Sequence record: NC_070967.1
DNA: 64,000 bases
Reading direction: 5' to 3' (one strand)
Part shown: positions 9,208 to 17,748 of the stretch, piece by piece
Position numbering within the stretch: position 1 is the stretch's first letter
Layout: the number at the start of each line of letters is the position of its first letter
Translations under genes and position numbers: made by a program
Notes under the pieces: model-generated
Told to the model about the DNA's origin: nothing
Database searches by the model: none
Seen by the model: the letters and a program-made list of their open reading frames with translations, nothing else

Positions 9208-9562
9208 ATTCGGATCAGAACCATTTCTTGAATGTTCGTCGAAAGGAGATAAGAGATTCAGTGCATTCTACGCTCGAATCAAGTCTCGTGACAACAAGTC
9301 GATTGAAGATATTTATCAGTCTTCTAAGATCTTCGAAGATGGTTCTACTGGATTGTCATGGAAAGAGGCTAAAGGTCGTAAGTGTGTTAATCAGACTGAG
9401 GTCAGGAACCTCTACCGTAGACTCTGGATTGAATATCTAGATGAAAATCCTGACCTCGTCGAATTCCTTAAGAGATTTAACGGTTATTCAGATATCTTCG
9501 GTCAAGACGGTCATGCATGTCAAGCTGAAGAGATCTATGATTATATGGCTATGAGATCATGA
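9200..9562 (+). CDS. NADAR-like protein (tentative)
   Basis: FSAFY...SIEDIYQSSK...ENPDL resembles NADAR FSNFY...EHYYQAQK...QNP. Confidence 0.45.
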   Translation: MVKFGSEPFLECSSKGDKRFSAFYARIKSRDNKSIEDIYQSSKIFEDGSTGLSWKEAKGRKCVNQTEVRNLYRRLWIEYLDENPDLVEFLKRFNGYSDIFGQDGHACQAEEIYDYMAMRS

Positions 9563-9804
9563 CAATAAATAGTAATGTATTGCATGCAATTAATGATTTC
9601 AAGAACTATATCATTGAACTTGATAATGGTGTACCGTATCGTCGAGCAGTTCAGATAAGAGATCAAGCTAGTATCTGCAATGATCTGATGAACTATACGA
9701 GTGCCAGTATGTGGGATTCTAATCCTCCTGAGTGGCAGGAATTAGATTCACTAGTGACAATGGTATTTCAAAAGACAAATAAATTGATCTACAAGAGCGA
9801 ATGA
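9559..9804 (+). CDS. Hypothetical protein
   Basis: ATGA overlap. Confidence 0.55.
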   Translation: MTINSNVLHAINDFKNYIIELDNGVPYRRAVQIRDQASICNDLMNYTSASMWDSNPPEWQELDSLVTMVFQKTNKLIYKSE

Positions 9805-9823
9805 GAGGTCGATTAACCTTCCT
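9797..9823 (+). promoter_or_regulatory. Bipartite motif copy (GCGAA-N13-AACCTTCCT)
   Basis: 33 nt upstream of the oxidoreductase ATG. Confidence 0.6.
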
Positions 9824-9856
9824 CTTTACAACAACGAATCCAGGTATTTTTAGATA

Positions 9857-10819
9857 ATGATTATTTTAGGAGCAGGTCTGGCTGGTACATTAGCTGGACT
9901 AATTAATCCTCAGGCTTTGATCCTAGAAGGATCAAAGTCCGTTGACGATATGAGAATGCATAAAGCTGTTCTCAGATTCAGAGACGATAAGATCGGTAAA
10001 TTGACTGGCGTACCTTTTACTAAGATCAAGGTCCGTAAGTCAATTCATATCGACAATAAAGACTATTTGGAATGCACTCCTCGACTAGCGAATATGTATT
10101 CGAAGAAAGTCACTGAAGGATATTCAGATCGTTCGATCTGGAATCTAGAGACTAGCGATCGATTCATTGCTCCTACGAATTTCCATGAGATTCTTATGAG
10201 CTACTGTGGTGATCGTATCAAGTTCAATCATAGTGTCACTGCAATCAAGTCAGATATGATTTATGCAAAAGACGATGTAACGATTGAACGAGATGATGCT
10301 CCTATCGTTAGCACACTACCAATGCCTCTTCTAGGTCGTGTCATTGGTAAGCCATTCGACATCAAGTTCGAATCTAAGCAGATCAAGGTCTCTCGCTACA
10401 AGGTGAAAGGTGCCAAGATCAATCAAACGATCTATTTCCCAGGAACTGAGACACTTGCATATCGTGCATCGATGGTTCAAGATATTCTGATTATCGAGAA
10501 GATTGAAGACGATAATGGAGCAATTAACGATCGAGTTGATGATGCGTATATTATCAATGCGTTCGGTCTAGATACTCTTGATGTTGAATTCATTGAAGAT
10601 GCATCTCAGCTTGGTAAGATCACAGCAATTGATGAGAAGGTTCGTAAGAATTTCATCTTCAATGTGACACGTGATCTGAATGTATACTCATTAGGTAAAT
10701 TTGCATTATGGAAGAATCATATACTGCTCGATGATGTCTATGATGATCTGTTTAAGATCAAGGCATACATGGGTGGTACTGATTATGACCGTATGAAGAG
10801 TAGTTTTGGTAATGCATAG
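9857..10819 (+). CDS. FAD/NAD-dependent oxidoreductase-like protein
   Basis: N-terminal Rossmann IILGAGLAG; C-terminal YSLGKFALW resembles flavoprotein G-R-F-x-W motifs. Confidence 0.7.
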   Translation: MIILGAGLAGTLAGLINPQALILEGSKSVDDMRMHKAVLRFRDDKIGKLTGVPFTKIKVRKSIHIDNKDYLECTPRLANMYSKKVTEGYSDRSIWNLETSDRFIAPTNFHEILMSYCGDRIKFNHSVTAIKSDMIYAKDDVTIERDDAPIVSTLPMPLLGRVIGKPFDIKFESKQIKVSRYKVKGAKINQTIYFPGTETLAYRASMVQDILIIEKIEDDNGAINDRVDDAYIINAFGLDTLDVEFIEDASQLGKITAIDEKVRKNFIFNVTRDLNVYSLGKFALWKNHILLDDVYDDLFKIKAYMGGTDYDRMKSSFGNA

Positions 10820-11093
10820 AAACGTTGAAGAGATCGTTAGATCATCCTTCGACGGATCGAAATGTCCAGTATTTCTGGAGAGACATATGAGAGTCTCTCC
10901 AGATGGTCAAAGACTTGCTCGAATTATTATGAACAAGTTTGATATTTTCGATACGAACGAAGTCTCTTATAATCTCGTAGAATATTACAATCCAGAAGAT
11001 GGTGAGGAATCATTTCTCATTCATATTAAAGATGACAAGGATGTCTATTTTGATATCCAGGTACCTTCTAAGGCTATTTCTAGTTATATCTGA
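10812..11093 (+). CDS. Hypothetical protein
   Basis: Packed ORF. Confidence 0.55.
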   Translation: MHRNVEEIVRSSFDGSKCPVFLERHMRVSPDGQRLARIIMNKFDIFDTNEVSYNLVEYYNPEDGEESFLIHIKDDKDVYFDIQVPSKAISSYI

Positions 11094-11101
11094 AAGTCAT
11101 T

Positions 11102-11674
11102 ATGAACCATATTATGTTAGACTTTGAGACACTCGACACTAAACCTAGTGCAGTCGTGATGTCCGTAGGTATCGTTGCATTTGACCCTCTAGCTAACGAT
11201 ACCATTGAAACCCTCCGTAATGATCCTCACAGAAAATTGTATCTAAATCTGCAATTCGATGATCAGATCAAAAATGGTCGTACTATATCAGAAGATACGA
11301 TCAGATGGTGGTTTGAGGATAAACTTGCAGAAGCTCGATCCAAACTCAAAAGTACTGATCTTGTAAGTACTCCATTAGCTCTGACTCTAATCGATAATTT
11401 TATCCTGAAACATGATATCAGATACAGTTGGGGTAATGGATCTGACTTTGATAATGCGATCTATGACGATCTTCATCGTACGTTTAATCGTCTTAATCGC
11501 ATTAAGTATAAGAACAAGAGATGTGCTCGTACGATCTTCGGTATGACTAATAAAAAGTACAATCCTAAGGATTTTAACATCCTTGAACATGATGCAATTG
11601 AAGACTGTTACTTTCAAATCCTTCGTCTTCAAGACATGTTCAGAAATCATCTCACAGGAATCGATTTCTCATGA
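11102..11674 (+). CDS. DEDD 3'-5' exo(ribo)nuclease, Rv2179c/RNase AS-like
   Basis: MLDFETL, WGNGSDFDNAI, HDAIEDC. Confidence 0.85.
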   Translation: MNHIMLDFETLDTKPSAVVMSVGIVAFDPLANDTIETLRNDPHRKLYLNLQFDDQIKNGRTISEDTIRWWFEDKLAEARSKLKSTDLVSTPLALTLIDNFILKHDIRYSWGNGSDFDNAIYDDLHRTFNRLNRIKYKNKRCARTIFGMTNKKYNPKDFNILEHDAIEDCYFQILRLQDMFRNHLTGIDFS

Positions 11675-12045
11675 TACTATTCATGCATGAAGATGGATCC
11701 TACTACAGTAGTGAAGAGATCTTCCAAGACATTCATACTAATATAGATACTTCAGATGAGGGATCTTTTCTGCTCAAATATCTCGAGAGAGGATTTGAAC
11801 CTCCAGTAGATGCTACGTCTGAGACAAAGTATGAGTATCATCTTGCCAAAATTGGATTTGGTCGATGGATCCGTAACTCGTACGGTCTATGGCAAGAAGA
11901 TAATCCTCATGTTGTACTGAATCCTACTCCGAACGATGAAGGCATTATTGATCATCCACTATTTCCAGACAATCTTAGTGGAACTATAATCAATAGATTG
12001 ATCCAGCACTATCAGTCTAAACTCCCGCAGGTGGAAAATGTATGA
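11671..12045 (+). CDS. Hypothetical protein
   Basis: ATGA overlap. Confidence 0.6.
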   Translation: MILFMHEDGSYYSSEEIFQDIHTNIDTSDEGSFLLKYLERGFEPPVDATSETKYEYHLAKIGFGRWIRNSYGLWQEDNPHVVLNPTPNDEGIIDHPLFPDNLSGTIINRLIQHYQSKLPQVENV

Positions 12046-12340
12046 TGAAGTCTACTCTCGAGTGAGATGTACAAAGTACATTATTCGATATGTTACAGAA
12101 GGATATCCTTCGAGTATTCATCTTGACTATACTGTAGTTCCAGTCGAAGGTGATCTCGTTCATGCTGAGGTTCATACGTCTCACTCTTTTGATATTAAAG
12201 AATTCGTAGTAGGTGCGAGTACATATAATATGTCTCAAATTTTCGATACTCATGAAGGAGCTGAGACTGCAGCTAAGAAGAGAATTCGTAACGACTACGA
12301 AAAGACGAAATCTCTATTAGAACGCTTCAATCTGGCATAA
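12038..12340 (+). CDS. Hypothetical protein
   Basis: Packed ORF. Confidence 0.6.
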   Translation: MYDEVYSRVRCTKYIIRYVTEGYPSSIHLDYTVVPVEGDLVHAEVHTSHSFDIKEFVVGASTYNMSQIFDTHEGAETAAKKRIRNDYEKTKSLLERFNLA

Positions 12341-12378
12341 GCCTTTCTAATTGTCCAGCACCAAATAGGTAATTTATA

Positions 12379-13179
12379 ATGGTAAATAGAGCCGTAGCTA
12401 AAGTACGACTTATTAACAATACTAAGTTCGCAGATTCACTTCTCGTCTTTAGTAAGAATACTCGACTGACAATGTCTCCTGATATGTATGATCAGATTGT
12501 TAATCGAGAAGGTCAATGGACTGATGAAAAGATCAGTGAAGAACTTGACTACATGGCTAACACTATTCCTAGCAGCTGGGAATTTTGCGACTACTACTTC
12601 TTGATCTCAGGTGTGTCAAGAGCATTCACGCATCAGTTTGTTAGGAATCGTACAAACTCTTATGCACAACAGACAATGAGAGTTCTGGATATGTGCGAGT
12701 TTGATTATGTCTTTACTCGACCATATACTGATCTTCCGACGGATCGAGAACCGACTAAGGAAGAATTCATTAATATGTCTTATGACTTCCATACTAATAA
12801 AGCATTGGAAGAAGTCCAGAAGAGATATAATGCTATGATTGAGGATGGAGTACCTGCAGAAGATGCACGAGGCATTCTCCCTACAAACATCGCTACCAAC
12901 ATTCTTGCGAAGATCAATCTTCGTACGTTTGCTGATATGGCTAAGTCTCGTACAGGTGGACGTACTCAAGGTGAGTACCAGATGATCATGAATCAGATGG
13001 TTGATGAAGTTTTGAAGGTACATCCATGGGCTGAGAAATTCTTCTTTAAGCAGGGTCGCGATTACTTCAAGGATCTCGAAGATCTATGTGCTGAAATCTT
13101 TGGGTCTGGTACAACCAAAGAGAATCTGCATACCAAGGGTCGATTCTTGAAAATTATCGACAAGATGCGTAAAGGTTAA
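12379..13179 (+). CDS. thyX: Divergent ThyX-family flavin-dependent thymidylate synthase-like protein
   Basis: ISGVSRAFTHQFVR, EDARGILP and NLR are typical of ThyX; RHRx7S reads RNRx7T. Confidence 0.8.
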   Translation: MVNRAVAKVRLINNTKFADSLLVFSKNTRLTMSPDMYDQIVNREGQWTDEKISEELDYMANTIPSSWEFCDYYFLISGVSRAFTHQFVRNRTNSYAQQTMRVLDMCEFDYVFTRPYTDLPTDREPTKEEFINMSYDFHTNKALEEVQKRYNAMIEDGVPAEDARGILPTNIATNILAKINLRTFADMAKSRTGGRTQGEYQMIMNQMVDEVLKVHPWAEKFFFKQGRDYFKDLEDLCAEIFGSGTTKENLHTKGRFLKIIDKMRKG

Positions 13180-13181
13180 TA

Positions 13182-13367
13182 ATGACAGAGAGATTTTATC
13201 GTACTAAACCTTCATCTGCTATCACACGTCATGGTCGAGTAGTCTACAAACTTGTAAAAGTCTCTGTGAGTGATGACTTTGATTATGCTAAGTTTGAATC
13301 AGATACTCCTGATTTTTCATCGTGGGTCGATGAATCTAAGTCGACTCCTATATTTGGAACTAACTGA
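13182..13367 (+). CDS. Hypothetical protein
   Basis: Packed ORF. Confidence 0.5.
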   Translation: MTERFYRTKPSSAITRHGRVVYKLVKVSVSDDFDYAKFESDTPDFSSWVDESKSTPIFGTN

Positions 13368-13600
13368 TGAAAGCGACTGAATTCTGTTATTGGCTTCAAG
13401 GTTATTTTGAGATTAATGATCAGTCATCTACTTCAACTCCTCCAACTCTAAATTCATCTCAAGTCGAGGTGATTAAACGTCATCTTCAACTCGTATTCGT
13501 TCATGATATTGATCCTAGTTATCCTGCAGAACAGCAGAGTAAGTTAAATTCAATTCATAACGATACGCAAAAGACGACAGGTCCTCTCATGAGGTGCTAA
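13367..13600 (+). CDS. Hypothetical protein (FCYWLQGYFE motif)
   Basis: Packed ORF; the motif is familiar from large-phage hypotheticals. Confidence 0.65.
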   Translation: MKATEFCYWLQGYFEINDQSSTSTPPTLNSSQVEVIKRHLQLVFVHDIDPSYPAEQQSKLNSIHNDTQKTTGPLMRC

Positions 13601-13912
13601 ATGCGTTACAGTTATAATCTTGGTGAGACGTTTGACCGTGCTCGCAAGAGACGTAAATTTGAAGACGAGGTTATGGCTATTGCAGGACCTCGTCAGTATC
13701 GAACTAAAAAATTGACTCCTTGTGAGCAGTATATCTGTAGAGTATGTAATGGTACCAATCAAGTCGAAGAGACAGGTGACTTACATCGATCTGCAGGAAT
13801 TATTCCTTGTCCTCATATGCACTGTGTAGGAGGCATTGTCGTAGCTGAAACTATTGAAATCAAACGTAGAGTTAGAGTAAAAGCTATCTCTCGGAGATCT
13901 GAAGATGAATAA
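13601..13912 (+). CDS. Hypothetical Cys-containing protein
   Basis: CRVCNG...CPHMHC. Confidence 0.55.
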   Translation: MRYSYNLGETFDRARKRRKFEDEVMAIAGPRQYRTKKLTPCEQYICRVCNGTNQVEETGDLHRSAGIIPCPHMHCVGGIVVAETIEIKRRVRVKAISRRSEDE

Positions 13913-14129
13913 AGCTAATCAAGTCCTCAAAAGATTGAGTGAAGACTATGATGTTCTGGAACCTTGTACTAAGGACCAGTTCTATACTGCAGTTAATACT
14001 GCTCATGGAGAAGGGTCGTATACGTCCGTCGAAGATGAGTACGGTAACATTGACTGTAAAAGAGATGACCTCGTGATTGCATCTTATGCAAAGGGTCAAG
14101 AGAAGTACCTTGGGTACATCTATAAGTGA
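13905..14129 (+). CDS. Hypothetical protein
   Basis: Packed ORF. Confidence 0.6.
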   Translation: MNKANQVLKRLSEDYDVLEPCTKDQFYTAVNTAHGEGSYTSVEDEYGNIDCKRDDLVIASYAKGQEKYLGYIYK

Positions 14130-14133
14130 CATC

Positions 14134-14361
14134 ATGACAAATGTTGATCAGAGTAAGATTGTAGTTATTGACTACACTAATTGGGAAGGTAAGAGATCAG
14201 TTCGAGAGATTATCCCGACTGGTGAACTCAAGTTCAAGAGTACTCTTTATCATCCAGAAATGCAATGGATTCTAGAAGCAATCGATGTGCGTAAAGGTGA
14301 AATTCGTCACTTTGCACTGACAGACATCCATTCTATTAACGCTTATAAGGAATCGAAATAA
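14134..14361 (+). CDS. Stand-alone WYL-like domain protein
   Basis: IDYTNWEG..S.R.I.P...QWILEAID..KGEIRHFAL pattern. Confidence 0.7.
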   Translation: MTNVDQSKIVVIDYTNWEGKRSVREIIPTGELKFKSTLYHPEMQWILEAIDVRKGEIRHFALTDIHSINAYKESK

Positions 14362-14630
14362 TGAGCAGAGCTCAACAAGTCATTAAGACTCTTACTGAGA
14401 ATGAAAATCCACTGTACAAGAATATCGTTATGCATGTTCGTGACGGTGACTTCGATAAGTTTCAGTCAGCACTAGGTCTTCCTCTTGACCCTTCAAGTGA
14501 AGGTTATGCTAAGGGTAAGGAACTCTATGACCTACTCTCTAATGGCGCAGCTGATGATACGACTTATTCTACGACAGCAGAAGTCGTTGACAAGTTCATG
14601 ACTGACAATACTGGACTGTTCAATAAGTGA
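14361..14630 (+). CDS. Hypothetical protein
   Basis: TAATG overlap; N-terminus resembles that of ORF 13905 (A.QV.K.L.E). Confidence 0.6.
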   Translation: MSRAQQVIKTLTENENPLYKNIVMHVRDGDFDKFQSALGLPLDPSSEGYAKGKELYDLLSNGAADDTTYSTTAEVVDKFMTDNTGLFNK

Positions 14631-14905
14631 TCTACGTCTTTGTCAAGACTCCAATGCATGCATGGCTTCAGGTACCTACTGAGTCTGTCGTAGGTGCAGT
14701 AGGTTCACTCTCTAAGATTGGACCTACATGGAGCTATCTTGAGAAGGAGAATGATGCTGATATGTTTATTAAAGCATATCAGCTCACCATCGATAATCTT
14801 CATTACTATATTTTTGATCATGAACTCATGTTCTGGAATGAAGATGATTTTGAACTATTCCAACAGATGCATACTACATTAAATACTAAAGAGAACATTG
14901 CGTGA
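14627..14905 (+). CDS. Hypothetical protein
   Basis: GTGA overlap. Confidence 0.5.
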   Translation: MIYVFVKTPMHAWLQVPTESVVGAVGSLSKIGPTWSYLEKENDADMFIKAYQLTIDNLHYYIFDHELMFWNEDDFELFQQMHTTLNTKENIA

Positions 14906-15084
14906 AGTTATCAGATAATGAGATCGCAGAGTTGAACGCTCTGATTCGTAAATTTGTCCTCCCTATTAATAAGAAGGAGGTCACTAGGCATAACTCAAAT
15001 TACGAGTGGCTTAGAAAGAATATCAGGATTAAGAATTCTGATAGATTGACTCCACGTATTATCGAACTATTGAAATTGAATTAA
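14902..15084 (+). CDS. Hypothetical protein
   Basis: GTGA overlap. Confidence 0.5.
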   Translation: MKLSDNEIAELNALIRKFVLPINKKEVTRHNSNYEWLRKNIRIKNSDRLTPRIIELLKLN

Positions 15085-15093
15085 TTTGATTCA

Positions 15094-15132
15094 GCCGTAC
15101 AGGAGTAAGGATAGCCTTCTCTCTTGTACGGC
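15094..15132 (+). promoter_or_regulatory. Hairpin containing a variant motif (CCGTA-N13-AGCCTTCTC)
   Basis: GCCGTACAGGAG / CTCTTGTACGGC stem enclosing the downstream box. Confidence 0.45.
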
Positions 15133-15149
15133 AATTCTTAGGCATGTAA

Positions 15150-15872
15150 ATGACAACGAATACTAGTGAGAAATCTCTGAAGAATGACATTGCTGTTAGT
15201 TCTCCAGATAAGAAGAGACTGACATTCGCTATCGACTTCGATGGCGTTATTTATCCATACAAGAATGGATATAACAATGGGCTCATGTCTGAAGATCCCA
15301 TTCCAGGTGCTCGAGATGCACTGATTCACCTTCGCAATGAAGGTCATAAGATCATAATCAACACCTGTCGAGGTGCTGTAGAAGATCTTAAATCTTACTT
15401 CAATCTCCATGACATTCCATTCGATGAAATCAATGAGAACTCAGATAACTATGAGGACTCAAATAAGGGTAAACCTTTTGCTGATTATTACATCGATGAT
15501 CGAGCTATTCGATTCGAAGGCGATTGGTCCCTCACATTAGATGAGGTACGTCGCAAGAGATTCCCATGGTTCATTAAGTCTGAGAATAAGATTGCAGCAG
15601 ATCTTATGAATGACTCAGCAGAACTGTATCGACAGCGTAATCTTGTTTATGGCGACTCATACCGTCGTCACGGTGAGATTATGGCTAAACTATTTCCTAA
15701 TGGCGTAACCTTGAAGACAGCCGAAGATTTTAATCGATTCGGTATCGTTAACATGAAGATTTCTAAGGTTACAAGATATTGTCAGAATTTTGAGAAGGGT
15801 GGTCATCTTGACTCAGTGATCGATGATGGTGTTTATACCTTCATGCTTGCTGAGCTTGATATGTCCAAGTAG
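15150..15872 (+). CDS. HAD phosphatase fused to a helical DUF6378/Nmad1-like domain
   Basis: N-terminal IDFDGVI...YIDDRA (HAD motifs I and IV); C-terminal RN..YGDSY...K..RY...H.DS..D..VY. Confidence 0.65.
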   Translation: MTTNTSEKSLKNDIAVSSPDKKRLTFAIDFDGVIYPYKNGYNNGLMSEDPIPGARDALIHLRNEGHKIIINTCRGAVEDLKSYFNLHDIPFDEINENSDNYEDSNKGKPFADYYIDDRAIRFEGDWSLTLDEVRRKRFPWFIKSENKIAADLMNDSAELYRQRNLVYGDSYRRHGEIMAKLFPNGVTLKTAEDFNRFGIVNMKISKVTRYCQNFEKGGHLDSVIDDGVYTFMLAELDMSK

Positions 15873-15882
15873 TGGAAGTTAT

Positions 15883-16245
15883 ATGCATACTGAAACTGAA
15901 TTCACTCCTGAGGTACCTGAAGGATCTATTCAAGCTCTCACGATCTACATTCACGATAATGGTGTCTACGTCAAGCTTTCTGATGAGATGAAAGAGAAGT
16001 CGAAGGACGATCTAAGGAATGCAATTCATACATCTACGGATGTACTCATGCAATTATGTGGAGATAATCCTTTAATCTCAATCTTCTCTATCGACAATAA
16101 TGTCGCAGTGAGTCCTCTCCATAACTTTCGTCAATTGAACTCTAAGAGTAAGCTCTCTTATATTCAAGATCTTATTAACATCCTGCAAAGGATGAGATTT
16201 AACATTGAGAATCAGGTTTCAGCATTACCTGAGACAGTCAACTAG
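15883..16245 (+). CDS. Hypothetical protein
   Basis: ATG 15883 preferred. Confidence 0.6.
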   Translation: MHTETEFTPEVPEGSIQALTIYIHDNGVYVKLSDEMKEKSKDDLRNAIHTSTDVLMQLCGDNPLISIFSIDNNVAVSPLHNFRQLNSKSKLSYIQDLINILQRMRFNIENQVSALPETVN

Positions 16246-16253
16246 GCACAATA

Positions 16254-16751
16254 ATGACTAAATCAATTAAAGTTAAAGTAATTAATGAATCTACTACCAA
16301 TGCTCTTCCAGCTTATGAGACTGAAGGTTCCGCAGGTATGGACCTCAGAGCTCATATCAATGGCGACAGTCCATTCTCGAAGATTGTTAAGATCGAGAAC
16401 AAAGAAGAGCATGTAATTGATATCGCTCCAGGTGAGCTACGTCTCATCTCTACAGGACTCAAAGTTGAAATCCCTGTAGGTTATGAACTTCAAATTCGTC
16501 CACGTAGTGGACTAGCTTATAAGAATATGGTAACAGTACTGAATAGTCCTGGTACCATTGACTCTGATTATCGAGGAGTAGTCGGAGTACTTTTATTCAA
16601 TCATCATCCTAGTACAGTTTTCAGAGTCAGGAATGGTGAGCGTATCGCTCAGGCAGTTTTTGCTGAGTATGTACGTGCTGAATATGATAATGTAACTGAT
16701 CTGAGTGCCACTGATCGAGGAGAAGGTGGATTCGGAAGTACTGGTAAATAA
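16254..16751 (+). CDS. dut: Trimeric dUTPase
   Basis: [36 protein letters not shown]. Confidence 0.97.
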   Translation: MTKSIKVKVINESTTNALPAYETEGSAGMDLRAHINGDSPFSKIVKIENKEEHVIDIAPGELRLISTGLKVEIPVGYELQIRPRSGLAYKNMVTVLNSPGTIDSDYRGVVGVLLFNHHPSTVFRVRNGERIAQAVFAEYVRAEYDNVTDLSATDRGEGGFGSTGK

Positions 16752-16764
16752 TTTAGGAAATATT

Positions 16765-17748
16765 ATGCGTAATATCTTTGAACCAAGAACTGCTCCTAAG
16801 CCATACGAGTATCCTGACGTTATGGGCTTCAAGGATGCAATCCGTCATAGTTACTGGTTGCATACTGAGTGGAACTTTGAAGCTGATAAACAAGACTTCC
16901 ATGTCAAGTTAAATGACGTAGAACGTTCACTCGCTAAGAATGGTCTACTCACTATCTCTCAGATCGAAATAGCTGTTAAGAAGTTCTGGGGACGACTTGG
17001 TGATAGATTTCCTAAGCCTGAGATTGAAGCAGTAGGTGCTACATTCGCTGAATCTGAAGTCAGACACTTTGACGCCTATTCGCATCTTCTAGAAATTCTA
17101 GGTCTGAATAGTGATTTCGATCAACTACTTCAGAATCCTGTAATCCAAGGTCGAGTTGATTATCTCGAGAAATACATCAAGGGTGGATCCAAGAATTCGG
17201 ATCAGAACTTTACGATGACCTTGGCACTATTCTCGATCTTTATCGAGAATGTAAGTCTCTTCTCGCAGTTCCTGATTATCAAGTCGATTCATAAGCACCG
17301 TCAGGTACTTAAGGATATTGACAATGTTATCCAGGCTACTCAGCAAGAGGAAGTGATCCATGCTCTGTTTGGCATGCAGATCATCCAGTATGTTAAAGAC
17401 GAGAATCCTGATTGGTTTAATGAGGATTTTTATGTCAAACTTTATGAAGCATCCAGAAAAGCTTATGACTCTGAGTGCAAGATTATTGATTGGATCTTCG
17501 AGAACGGTGAGACTACCTATCTGAAGAAGGATACTGTCAAGGAATTCATCAAGGATAGATTCAATGAGAGTCTGACCATGATTGGAGGAAAGGAAATATT
17601 CCCAGTCGATAAGTCTGTACTATCGAGTATCCAGTGGTTCAAGGATGAGATCGTAGCTGAAATTCAGGTTGACCAATTTAATAAGAAGTCAATTAATTAC
17701 GCTAAGAAAATGCAATCTATTACAGCAGAAGATCTTTTCAATGACTAA
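16765..17748 (+). CDS. nrdB: Class I ribonucleotide reductase beta subunit
   Basis: Di-metal ligands (ESEVRH, FIENVSLFSQF, EEVIH); radical Tyr in HFDAY. Confidence 0.93.
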   Translation: MRNIFEPRTAPKPYEYPDVMGFKDAIRHSYWLHTEWNFEADKQDFHVKLNDVERSLAKNGLLTISQIEIAVKKFWGRLGDRFPKPEIEAVGATFAESEVRHFDAYSHLLEILGLNSDFDQLLQNPVIQGRVDYLEKYIKGGSKNSDQNFTMTLALFSIFIENVSLFSQFLIIKSIHKHRQVLKDIDNVIQATQQEEVIHALFGMQIIQYVKDENPDWFNEDFYVKLYEASRKAYDSECKIIDWIFENGETTYLKKDTVKEFIKDRFNESLTMIGGKEIFPVDKSVLSSIQWFKDEIVAEIQVDQFNKKSINYAKKMQSITAEDLFND

